A stretch of 64,000 bases of DNA from Acidobacteriota bacterium (lineage in GTDB: Bacteria > Acidobacteriota > Vicinamibacteria > Marinacidobacterales > Marinacidobacteraceae), in assembly GCA_009835985.1 (NCBI GenBank), contig VXWI01000011.1, forward strand, positions 11,483-75,482, read 5' to 3'. This document shows positions 54,522 to 62,603 of the stretch, piece by piece (position 1 is the stretch's first letter; each line of letters starts with the position of its first letter). The notes below the pieces were generated by a model, which saw only the letters and a list, made by a program, of their open reading frames with translations, did no database searches and was not told where the DNA came from. A program made the translations under genes and the position numbers.

Positions 54522-54622
54522 GTTGCCGGAACTATCGCCGATGCTCAGGCCGTGCGAAAGCCGGACTGCGCCCGACTGCCTACGCGGGCTCTCCGACCCG
54601 AAGCGGAGAGGAAACCGCAGGG

Positions 54623-55723
54623 CTATGGAGTCCAGGCTTCGGCCCGCTCCAGGAACACCGTGGGATTGGCCAGCCACTCCGCGAAACCGATGCTCCGATC
54701 GTCGGTCAGGTAGTTCACCTTGTCGTCGAGGCAGGCGAGCAGCGCTTCATCGCCCTGATCGAGCGTGAATCCGCCGAGGTCGACCAGGGTGTCGACGGCG
54801 GTCACCACGAGAACGCCGGCCCACATCGCTTCGAGCGTGCTGTTCGCAATCTTGTCTCCGGCCAGGGCGTCCACCTGGCCGTGGGCCAACGCCTCGGGCT
54901 GTGCCGTCTGGACGGTGTCGGTGCCGAAGAACACGACCTGCGGAAGCTCGGGCGACGGGGGTTCCAGATGCATGCGGTCCGCGAGATTCGGCGAGGATCC
55001 GCTCGCGGCGATCCGGTAGGCGTCGCTGCCGTCGGCCACCTCGATGCCGCCGGGAGTGGTGATCCGGGTCCCTGCGAGCACCACGCCGTCTTCGTCAATG
55101 AGCCCGACGATCTGGAGAAAGCGGGCCTCGTTGGTGGTTTCCGCCGAAACGCCGACCCGGTGGTCGCCCGTCAGATCGCTGTATTCGGCGAGCGTGCCGG
55201 CATCGGTCGCGCGGACGAGCAGCGAGTGGCCGAACTCGACGTGCCCGGACGTGAACGAGATCGCCGGCGTCCCGGATGCATCGAGCGTCCGCTCCTCGAG
55301 GATGGTGATGCCGCCGCCCACGACGTCGTACTCGGGGGTGGACGGAAGCAGCCAGATCCCGGGCCAGACATCGATGCCGCGGCGATCGAAGGCCAACCCG
55401 GCGCCCTCCATGGCTTCGAGGGCGTTCAGCAGATCGGCCTCGTAGCCGAGGTGCTCGTCGAAGGCTTCGGCGCCCGAATCCGGGCTCGCGCTGTAACTGA
55501 CCGGCTCGAAGTGAGCGAAGAACCCGTACTCCAGAATCCGGCCTTCCTCGGTGCAACGGGCCTCCATCGGGTCCGGTGCCGGGGGCGGAGCCGGGCTCGG
55601 AGGCGGGACGGTCGGCGATGGAGCGTTCGAGCCGCTGTCACAGCCAGCGACCGCGGCAGCGAGGCCGAATGCGGCAAGGCGCCGGAAACGCGGCCCGCGC
55701 TGCGCGCGCTCACGAATGAACAT
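54623..55723 (-). CDS. Periplasmic substrate-binding lipoprotein (SBP family 3-like)
   Basis: An internal ATG gives MFIRERAQRGPRFRRLAAFGLAAAVAGCDSG (lipobox). A Pro-rich linker follows, then an alpha/beta domain with GQVDALAGDKIAN. Confidence 0.5.
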   Translation of the reverse strand: MFIRERAQRGPRFRRLAAFGLAAAVAGCDSGSNAPSPTVPPPSPAPPPAPDPMEARCTEEGRILEYGFFAHFEPVSYSASPDSGAEAFDEHLGYEADLLNALEAMEGAGLAFDRRGIDVWPGIWLLPSTPEYDVVGGGITILEERTLDASGTPAISFTSGHVEFGHSLLVRATDAGTLAEYSDLTGDHRVGVSAETTNEARFLQIVGLIDEDGVVLAGTRITTPGGIEVADGSDAYRIAASGSSPNLADRMHLEPPSPELPQVVFFGTDTVQTAQPEALAHGQVDALAGDKIANSTLEAMWAGVLVVTAVDTLVDLGGFTLDQGDEALLACLDDKVNYLTDDRSIGFAEWLANPTVFLERAEAWTP

Positions 55724-55825
55724 CGTTTCGACCCTCCCCAGGTGCGGCCCGCGCCGTGAGGACCCAGCCGGGTCCTCCATCACCGCAGCGTCATGAACTG
55801 AGTCTACCCGCGTCAAGCGGCGCGC

Positions 55826-57208
55826 CTACCCAGGCTCTCCGGCCCGGCGGGTCCGCGGATCGGACGCGAAGAAGCCGACCGACTTCCACGAGACCAGCAG
55901 CAGTGCGGCGGCGAAGGCGGTCAGCACCAGGCCCGGCATCCATACCGCCCCGGCGGCGACCCACAGCGGCAGCGTCGTGAGGATGGCGATCTCGACCAAG
56001 GCGATGGGGAGGTACGCCACACCGTAGTCGTCCAGCGTGCCGGACCTCCGCCGGGGATCCACCACGCGGAGCAGCGCGATCCCCATCCCGACCACGCCGG
56101 TGGCCCAACCGAAGGTGAACAGGCCCCGCTCGAACCAGTAGTTGCGGAAGGTCCGGCGGGCGATCCACCAGGTGATGAGGGCCGCGTGGGCGAAACCGAA
56201 CACGGACATCACGAGGATGGGCGCCGCGTACGCCGCCACCGTCGAGAGCGGGATCGAGGCCACCCCGAAGGCCACCAGGAAGTCCGAGACGGAGGACCCG
56301 ATGCGCGCCATCGTGGCCCGGTCCACGTTCCGGCCGACGCCCAGCCGGTTGAGCGCGCCCTGGAGCAGCGCGCCGGCGATGACCGCGAGCGCGAACATGG
56401 GGAGGGCGGTGAAGAGGCCTCCTGCCGACCCGAGGGCCCAGCTTGCGGCGTGGGCGGCGCCGTAGGCGAGCAGGACGAGCCCGAAGTGCCAGGACAGGGT
56501 GTCGAGGGCTAGCGGGCTGACGGTCTCCTTCACCGCGTCCCGCGCGTTTTCCGGTGCGATCAGGCCCCGCCGCTGGTCTTCGGGAAGCTCCTGCGGGCTT
56601 GAGACCAGGCGGGTCCAGCCCGCCCGGGTGGCGAGGTTGATCGCGGCGACGCCCCCGAACACCGCCGCCAGCAGTCCGATGGTCGCGAAGGTGTATCCGA
56701 CCGGGGGGGCGTCCGGATAACCCTGTTCGGCGAGCACGGACCCGATGGCGGTTGCGGTGCCGTGGCCGCCGACGAAGCCGCCGGGAAGCATCAGGGCGAA
56801 CGGTCCGCCCACCTCCGGGAACAAGGGAATCAGGACCGCGCCGGCGAAGAGGAGCGCGAGGCCGAACTGACCCACCCAGGCCGAGAGGTTGTAGAAGAAG
56901 GTGTCTCCGACGTCGCGGAGCATTTGCCGGAAGCGCGGCGCGTTCGGGCGCCAGCCCATGAAGAGGGTGCCGAAGAGCACCACGATCAGTTCGCCCGGGT
57001 AGCGGCCCATCACCGGGGCGCCGGACGCGTCCCGGGCGAAGGGCAGGAGATCCAGGCCCTCGGGTCCCGCGGCGAGCCCGATGAGCCCGGCGAGGATCGG
57101 CGTGGGCAGGAAGATGGCCTGGAAGAGCCGCACCCAGGTACGCAGGAGGTGGGCGACGACGAGGAGCCCGGAAATCAGGGCGAAGTCGAGGAGGACGTCG
57201 GTCGCCAT
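55826..57208 (-). CDS. gltS: Sodium/glutamate symporter (GltS/ESS family)
   Basis: 460-aa polytopic ORF with the typical GltS N-terminus (LLDFALISGLLVVAHLLR) and two inverted repeats of hydrophobic helices. Confidence 0.8.
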   Translation of the reverse strand: MATDVLLDFALISGLLVVAHLLRTWVRLFQAIFLPTPILAGLIGLAAGPEGLDLLPFARDASGAPVMGRYPGELIVVLFGTLFMGWRPNAPRFRQMLRDVGDTFFYNLSAWVGQFGLALLFAGAVLIPLFPEVGGPFALMLPGGFVGGHGTATAIGSVLAEQGYPDAPPVGYTFATIGLLAAVFGGVAAINLATRAGWTRLVSSPQELPEDQRRGLIAPENARDAVKETVSPLALDTLSWHFGLVLLAYGAAHAASWALGSAGGLFTALPMFALAVIAGALLQGALNRLGVGRNVDRATMARIGSSVSDFLVAFGVASIPLSTVAAYAAPILVMSVFGFAHAALITWWIARRTFRNYWFERGLFTFGWATGVVGMGIALLRVVDPRRRSGTLDDYGVAYLPIALVEIAILTTLPLWVAAGAVWMPGLVLTAFAAALLLVSWKSVGFFASDPRTRRAGEPG

Positions 57209-57221
57209 CGCCTCGCTCTGC

Positions 57222-58496
57222 TCAGTACCCGAGCAGGTTCGGCAGGAAGAGCACCACGCCCGGCAGGAACGCGATGACGAGGGTGAGCGCCAGCATGAGC
57301 GCCAGGTAGGGCCAGAGCGGGCGGGCGACCTTCGCCGGCTCGACCCCTCCCACCGAGCACGCCACCAGGAGGCTCACCCCCACGGGCGGCAGGAAGACGG
57401 AGATTCCCTGGGTCGCCACGATGACGGCGCCGAAGTGCACGGGGTCGATCCCGAGTTGTCGCGCGATGGGCAGCAGGATCGGGGTCAGCATGACGACCGC
57501 CGGCACGCCCTCGAGAATGGCGCCGAGCGGCAGGAACACCAGGATCGTGAGGATGAGGAAGCCGGCCGCGCCGCCGCCCATCCCCACGACGGAGGACGCG
57601 AGCGCCTGGGGCACTTCCTCGACCGCGAGGACCCAGCCCAGGAGGCGCGCGGCGCCCACCACGAAGAGCACCATCCCCGAGACCACGGCAGTCTGGACGA
57701 CCTTGTCCCAGAGTCCCCGGGCGGTCAGCGACCGGTAGACCGGCCCGGCCAGGAGCAGCGCGTAGGCGACGGCTACGGCGGCCGCCTCGGTGGGGGTGAA
57801 GAGGCCGAAGCGGATCCCGCCCAGGATGACCACGATCATGAAGAGCGGGAGCACGGCATCGATTCCCGCGTGCCGGACCTCCGCGAAGGAGGCCCGCTCC
57901 TGGGCCGGCCATCCCTGCCGCCGCGCCTGCCACCCGATCTGCACCATCAGGCCCGCGGCGATGAGGAGGGCGGGCGCGATGGAGGCCACGAACAGGGCGC
58001 CGATGGAGACGCCCCCGATGACGCCGTAGATGACCATCACGATGGCCGGCGGAATCAGGATCCCCATGCCGCACGCCGCCGAGACGATCGCGGTGGAGCG
58101 CTCCCGGCTGTATCCGTTCGCGGTGAGCTGGGGCACCATGATGCCCCCGATGGCGGCCGCGTCCGCGGACGTGGAGCCCGAGACGCCCGAGAAGAACATC
58201 TCGGCCATGATGACCACCTGCCCGAGCCCTCCCGGGAGGTGCCCGACGAGGGAGCGCGCGAGCGTCACCAGCCGGCGGCTGATCCCGCCGACGTCCATCA
58301 GGAAGCCGGCCAGGATGAAGAGCGGCACCGCGAGCATCGGGAAGGAGTCCATCCCCGCGACGATCTGCTGCGGGATGAGGACGAGGGGGAGGTCCGCGGC
58401 CAGGATGGCGATGACGGCGGCGGTGGCGAGCGCGAAGCCGATGGGCACCGCGGCGAGCACCAGCGCGCCGAAGGCGCCGAGCAGCAGGCCGCCCAT
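57222..58496 (-). CDS. dctM: TRAP transporter large permease (DctM)
   Basis: An internal ATG gives MGGLLLGAFGALVLAAVPIGFALATAAVIA. It is translationally coupled to dctQ (TGATG). Confidence 0.85.
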   Translation of the reverse strand: MGGLLLGAFGALVLAAVPIGFALATAAVIAILAADLPLVLIPQQIVAGMDSFPMLAVPLFILAGFLMDVGGISRRLVTLARSLVGHLPGGLGQVVIMAEMFFSGVSGSTSADAAAIGGIMVPQLTANGYSRERSTAIVSAACGMGILIPPAIVMVIYGVIGGVSIGALFVASIAPALLIAAGLMVQIGWQARRQGWPAQERASFAEVRHAGIDAVLPLFMIVVILGGIRFGLFTPTEAAAVAVAYALLLAGPVYRSLTARGLWDKVVQTAVVSGMVLFVVGAARLLGWVLAVEEVPQALASSVVGMGGGAAGFLILTILVFLPLGAILEGVPAVVMLTPILLPIARQLGIDPVHFGAVIVATQGISVFLPPVGVSLLVACSVGGVEPAKVARPLWPYLALMLALTLVIAFLPGVVLFLPNLLGY

Positions 58497-58963
58497 CAGC
58501 CGTTCTCCTCGCCGCGGCCCGCTCCACCGGCGAGCAGGTGGATCGCCATCAGCAGCCCCGATACCGGCGCCGCGGCATAGACGAGCGCGACGGGCAGGTT
58601 CAGCGCCGCGGAGCGCTCGGCCAGGGTGAGATCCATGAGGGCGATTCCGGTGCCGACGAGCAGGAGCGACAACGCCAGCACGACCGCCCAGGCGGTGCGC
58701 TCCACGGCGCGCCGCACCGGCGGCGCCAGTTTCTTCGTCACCTGGTCGAACCCGAAGTGGGCCCGGTGCTCCACCGCGAGCGAGGCCCCGAGCAGCGACA
58801 CCCAGATGAAGGCGAAGCGCGAGAGCTCCTCGCTCCAGGGGTTCGGGGTGGCGAAGAGGTAGCGCATCAGCACCTGGAGGAGGACCACGGCGCACACCGC
58901 GATGACCAGCGCCCCCGCGGCGCAGGTCTCGGCCGCGACGAGGACCCGGTTGAGGCGCTTCAT
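58496..58963 (-). CDS. dctQ: TRAP transporter small permease (DctQ)
   Basis: 155-aa ORF with 4 TM helices. Its start overlaps the dctP stop (ATGA). Confidence 0.7.
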   Translation of the reverse strand: MKRLNRVLVAAETCAAGALVIAVCAVVLLQVLMRYLFATPNPWSEELSRFAFIWVSLLGASLAVEHRAHFGFDQVTKKLAPPVRRAVERTAWAVVLALSLLLVGTGIALMDLTLAERSAALNLPVALVYAAAPVSGLLMAIHLLAGGAGRGEENG

Positions 58964-60144
58964 TGGTCGCGCCGTTCCCGGCTGGATGGGGGCGATGAGG
59001 GCGATTGCGCGGGTGCGTTTCGCGTCGCTCCGCTCCGCGATGCCGGCCGGGAGGCCGGCGCTCCGACCTCGGCTGGGGTGCGCTCCGCCGCTTCCACCAG
59101 TCTGGCGATCAGCGCTTCGCCGTCCGGCAGTCGGGCGGCCAGCTCGTCCCAGATGCGTGGCCGGACCGCAGGGGTGAACGGCGCGAGGTCCGGGCGCGAG
59201 ATCTCCACGTCGTTTGTACGCATCTCGGCGATCGCCTCCGCCTCCATCCGGCGGGCGACCTCGGACTGGTAGGCGAGCGCGTCCGCCGCCGAGCGGTCAA
59301 CGAACTCCCGGATGTCCGGGGGCAGCGACCGATAGAACGGCTCGTTCACGAGCAGCGTGATCGGGTTGTAGGTGATGGAGGTGAAGCTGTAGAACTTCGC
59401 CACCTCGTAAAGCCGGCTGCTCACGAACCCGACGGCGTTCGCCTCCCCGCCGTCGATCACCCCCTGCTGGAGCGCCGAGTAGACCTCGCCGTAGTTCATC
59501 GGGGTCGCCTGGACGCCCAGCGCCGAATAGGCCGCGAGATAGGTCGCGTTCTGGAGGACCCGCAGCTTGAGGCCGGCGAGGTCCGGGGGCGCCTCGACCG
59601 GTCCGCGGCGGTTGTAGACGTGGCGGAACCCGTAGTCGAGGAACCCGAGTGCGCGGACCCCGGTGCGCTCGAGGAGGAGGTCCCGCCACCAGTCCCCGGC
59701 GGGGCCCTGCATCACCCGGAGCCCGTGGTCCCGCGTCTCGAAGAGGTACGGGAGATCGAACACCTGGGTCTCGGGCACCCAGCCGGAGAGCACGGGGGTG
59801 CCGGTGATCGCCACCTGCACCGCGCCGGCCTGGATCTGCTCGAAGGCCACCCGCTCGCCGCCGAGCTGTCCCGACGGATAGATGACGACCCGGAACCGCC
59901 CGCCGGTGCGCTCGTGCATGAGGTCCCGGAAACGCTCCGCCATGAGGTGGTACTCCGAGGTGGTCGAGAGGACGTGGGAGAACCGGACGGTCCACGTGGA
60001 TGGGTCCGGCGCGGGGCCCGTGCACGACAGCGTGAGGAGCGCCGCCAGCTGGACTGTGGTGAGGCCGGGCCACGGAGGTGCTTCTCGCTCCGCCACAGGC
60101 CGTCGGCCCACTGCCCCAGCTGCCGGTCGCTCGGATTCTTTCAT
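58960..60144 (-). CDS. dctP: TRAP transporter substrate-binding protein (DctP); start uncertain; the last ~40 codons are encoded by an inserted repeat element
   Basis: The DctP core is RFSHVLSTTSEYHLMAERF...GTPVLSGWVPETQVFDLPYLF...LKLRV. The C-terminal tail ERTPAEVGAPASRPASRSGATRNAPAQSPSSPPSSRERRDQ coincides with the repeat copy at 59000..59072. Confidence 0.7.
   Translation of the reverse strand: MKESERPAAGAVGRRPVAEREAPPWPGLTTVQLAALLTLSCTGPAPDPSTWTVRFSHVLSTTSEYHLMAERFRDLMHERTGGRFRVVIYPSGQLGGERVAFEQIQAGAVQVAITGTPVLSGWVPETQVFDLPYLFETRDHGLRVMQGPAGDWWRDLLLERTGVRALGFLDYGFRHVYNRRGPVEAPPDLAGLKLRVLQNATYLAAYSALGVQATPMNYGEVYSALQQGVIDGGEANAVGFVSSRLYEVAKFYSFTSITYNPITLLVNEPFYRSLPPDIREFVDRSAADALAYQSEVARRMEAEAIAEMRTNDVEISRPDLAPFTPAVRPRIWDELAARLPDGEALIARLVEAAERTPAEVGAPASRPASRSGATRNAPAQSPSSPPSSRERRDQ
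59000..59072 (-). repeat. REP/MITE-like repeat copy (type A, reverse orientation) inside the dctP 3' end
   Basis: The reverse complement reads GGAGCGCCGGCCTCCCGGCCGGCATCGCGGAGCGGAGCGACGCGAAACGCACCCGCGCAATCGCC. Confidence 0.6.
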
Positions 60145-60437
60145 CGACTCCGCCCTTCCGACGGCCCTCCCGGCAGACGGTCCTGCGTCGGAGGCGGCGA
60201 GTCCGCGTCCCGCGAGTACCCCATCATCCGAGCCACCAGGTAGACCACCGCGGATCCGCCCCCCAGAAATAAGACCGCCACCCAGTCCGGAATCCCGAGG
60301 TATCGAGCCAAGGCCATGCCGAGCACCACCACGCCGGCCACGAGGAGCGGAGGGGGCCGGCGGATCCGACTCACGTGGCCGCTATCCGCTTTGTGGGCGT
60401 CGGCTTCAGGCACCCCAGATGGTCTGGCCGGCGTCAA
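60141..60437 (-). CDS. Possible small membrane protein
   Basis: 98-aa ORF between the SDR and dctP genes with one or two hydrophobic helices (LLVAGVVVLGMALARYLGIPDWVAVLFLGGGSAVVYLVA). No homology is recognised. Confidence 0.2.
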   Translation of the reverse strand: MTPARPSGVPEADAHKADSGHVSRIRRPPPLLVAGVVVLGMALARYLGIPDWVAVLFLGGGSAVVYLVARMMGYSRDADSPPPTQDRLPGGPSEGRSR

Positions 60438-61170
60438 TGAACAGGCTGGCGCCGGTCACGAGACGCGTCTCGTCGTTCGACGCGAGGTACACCACGGCCG
60501 CCACCAGGTCGTCGGGGACGCCGATCTCCCCGAGCGGGATGCGGGCGAGCCGGCGCCGCCGGAAGTCGTCCCGGGCGATGTCGGCCCGGTTCATGTCGGT
60601 CTCGATCAGCCCCGGGGCGATGGCGTTCACGCGGATCCGGTGCGGCGCGAGCTCCAGCGCGAGCTGCTTGGTGAGCATCTCGACGCCGGCCTTCGACACG
60701 CAGTAGTGCGTGAGGTTCGGGGCGGCCACCGCCTGTCCGGCGGAGGACACGTTGACGATCGCGCCCGCCGTCCCGTCCTGGATCATGCGCCGGGCGGCCG
60801 CCTGGCCGACCAGGAAGTAGCCCTTCAGGTTGACGTCCAGGATGGCGTCCCACTCCTCCTCGGTGATCTCGAGGAGGGGCGTCCGCTTCAGCACCCCGGC
60901 GTTGTTCACGAGGATGTCGAGGCCGCCCAGGAAGCCGTGGGCCTCGGCGACGATCCGTTCCACGTCCGCCCCGGCGTCGGTGGAGCCCTGGACGGCGACC
61001 GCGCGGCGTCCCAGCGTCTCGATCTCGCGGACGGCGCTCTCGGCGTCCGCGCGACTGCCGCGGTAGCCCACCGCTACGTCCGCCCCCTCGCGGGCGAGTC
61101 CGAGCGCGATGCCCCGGCCGATGCTGCGGGAGCCGCCGGTGACGAGGGCTCGCTTGCCTTCAAGACGCAT
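60406..61170 (-). CDS. Short-chain dehydrogenase/reductase (FabG/glucose-1-dehydrogenase-like)
   Basis: 254-aa ORF with the TGGSRSIGRGIA Rossmann motif, NNAG, and the catalytic YCVSKAGVEMLTK. Confidence 0.85.
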   Translation of the reverse strand: MRLEGKRALVTGGSRSIGRGIALGLAREGADVAVGYRGSRADAESAVREIETLGRRAVAVQGSTDAGADVERIVAEAHGFLGGLDILVNNAGVLKRTPLLEITEEEWDAILDVNLKGYFLVGQAAARRMIQDGTAGAIVNVSSAGQAVAAPNLTHYCVSKAGVEMLTKQLALELAPHRIRVNAIAPGLIETDMNRADIARDDFRRRRLARIPLGEIGVPDDLVAAVVYLASNDETRLVTGASLFIDAGQTIWGA

Positions 61171-61283
61171 GGGGGATCGGTGGCCCCACCGCCGGGGCCG
61201 CCGGGCGGACTAACGTAAGCGGGCGGGCCGTGATTTGCAATGCGGCCGGGCCGGGTCCTCCGCGCGTCGCGGAGCGTTTCCCT

Positions 61284-62567
61284 TTACCGCGCGCCGATCG
61301 CCGCGAGCCCGGCCTCGAGTCGCCGTTCGGCCTCCGCGTCGCCGGCGAACCGGAGCAGCCCGCGCCGGAGCAGCCGTGCCGCTTCGGCGGGGTTTCCGCC
61401 CTCCCGGAAGACGCGGGCCACCATCAGATGACGCTCCGGGTCCCGGGGCGCCTCGATCAGGAACCGCTGGGCCGCCCTGAGCGCCAGCCCGAACTCCCGG
61501 TTCCGGAGCGCGTGGTTCACGAACGCGGCCGCCGCGGAGACGTCGTCGGGCCGCAGCTCGGCGGCGGCGAGCAGCCGCGTGGACTCGGCGTCCACCGCGT
61601 TGCGGCGCTCGAACTCGGCGAACAGCGGCCCCGCTTCCTCCGCCCTTCCGGCCCGGCTGAGCAACTGGGCGAGACGGAAGCGCGCCTCGTTGAGCGCGTC
61701 ATCCGCGGCGAGCGCCCGGCGAAACGCCTCCTCGGCTTCCTGCCGCCGTCCGGCATCCTGGTGGGCCCGGCCCAGCGCGAGTCGGGCCAGCGCGTTGTCC
61801 GGCTCGGCCGCGAGCACCCGCTCGAGGATCGGGAGCGCCTCCGGCGACCGCCCGAGCTTCACCAGGATCCGGGCCAGCCGCAGCGCCGCCGGCCCGCTGG
61901 GGCCGGTCGCGTCCACCAAGCGACGAAGGATCTCGAGCGCTTCGCTCCCCTGGCCGTTGCTGTCGAGGAGCTCGGCCCGGAGCAGGAGCGCCGGCGGACT
62001 CTCCGGGTTCCCGCGTAGCAGCGCGTCCGTCACCGCGGCGGCTTCGTCGAAACGGCTGGACCGGGCCAGGATCACGGCCCGCGCGTAGGCCGCCCGCGGG
62101 TCCGAGGGGTGGCGTTCGAACCGGGCCAGCGCGCGCTCGTCGGCATGGAGCTCCATGAACAGCCTGCCGGCCTCGACGTCCGCGAGGGAGTCCTCCGGCG
62201 GCCTCGTCCGCGCTCCGCGCTCGAAGGCCTCCAGCGCGTCGAGCGGCCGAAAACCACGCCGCAGCAGGACGCCGGCCGCGATCCAGCCGTCGGAACCGAG
62301 TGCGCCGGCGCTTTGGAAGACCGCTTCGACGACCTCGGGATGCGGCGCGGCGCCGCGGGCCAGGGTCCACAGGACCTCCCGTCCCGCGGAGGACTCCGGA
62401 TCGGCGGCGAAGCTCTCGACGAGCGGCGGGATGGCCGCCGCGGCCTCGCCGCCGGCCAGCGCGCGGCGCGCCTCGGCGAGCGGCTGCCCGGCCGCGGACC
62501 GCGGGCCAGGCGCAAACCCGGCAACCAACAAGAAACCCCATGCCGTCAAGAGGGGCGCCCGACACAT
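61284..62567 (-). CDS. Secreted tetratricopeptide (TPR) repeat protein
   Basis: An internal ATG in the long ORF 61284..63989 gives the signal peptide MCRAPLLTAWGFLLVAGFAPGPRSAAG followed by about 8 Ala/Leu/Arg-rich TPR-like helical hairpins. The upstream part of the 901-aa ORF is antisense to the M28 gene. Confidence 0.65.
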   Translation of the reverse strand: MCRAPLLTAWGFLLVAGFAPGPRSAAGQPLAEARRALAGGEAAAAIPPLVESFAADPESSAGREVLWTLARGAAPHPEVVEAVFQSAGALGSDGWIAAGVLLRRGFRPLDALEAFERGARTRPPEDSLADVEAGRLFMELHADERALARFERHPSDPRAAYARAVILARSSRFDEAAAVTDALLRGNPESPPALLLRAELLDSNGQGSEALEILRRLVDATGPSGPAALRLARILVKLGRSPEALPILERVLAAEPDNALARLALGRAHQDAGRRQEAEEAFRRALAADDALNEARFRLAQLLSRAGRAEEAGPLFAEFERRNAVDAESTRLLAAAELRPDDVSAAAAFVNHALRNREFGLALRAAQRFLIEAPRDPERHLMVARVFREGGNPAEAARLLRRGLLRFAGDAEAERRLEAGLAAIGAR

Positions 62568-62603
62568 TTTGTTCGATGACCCGGCACAGAATACTCTCCG
62601 CCG

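Noticed and set aside
21586-59072. The repeated palindromic elements as a CRISPR array.
   Set aside because: The copies are tens of kilobases apart, in both orientations and not regularly spaced. There are no adjacent cas genes. They are REP/MITE-like dispersed repeats.
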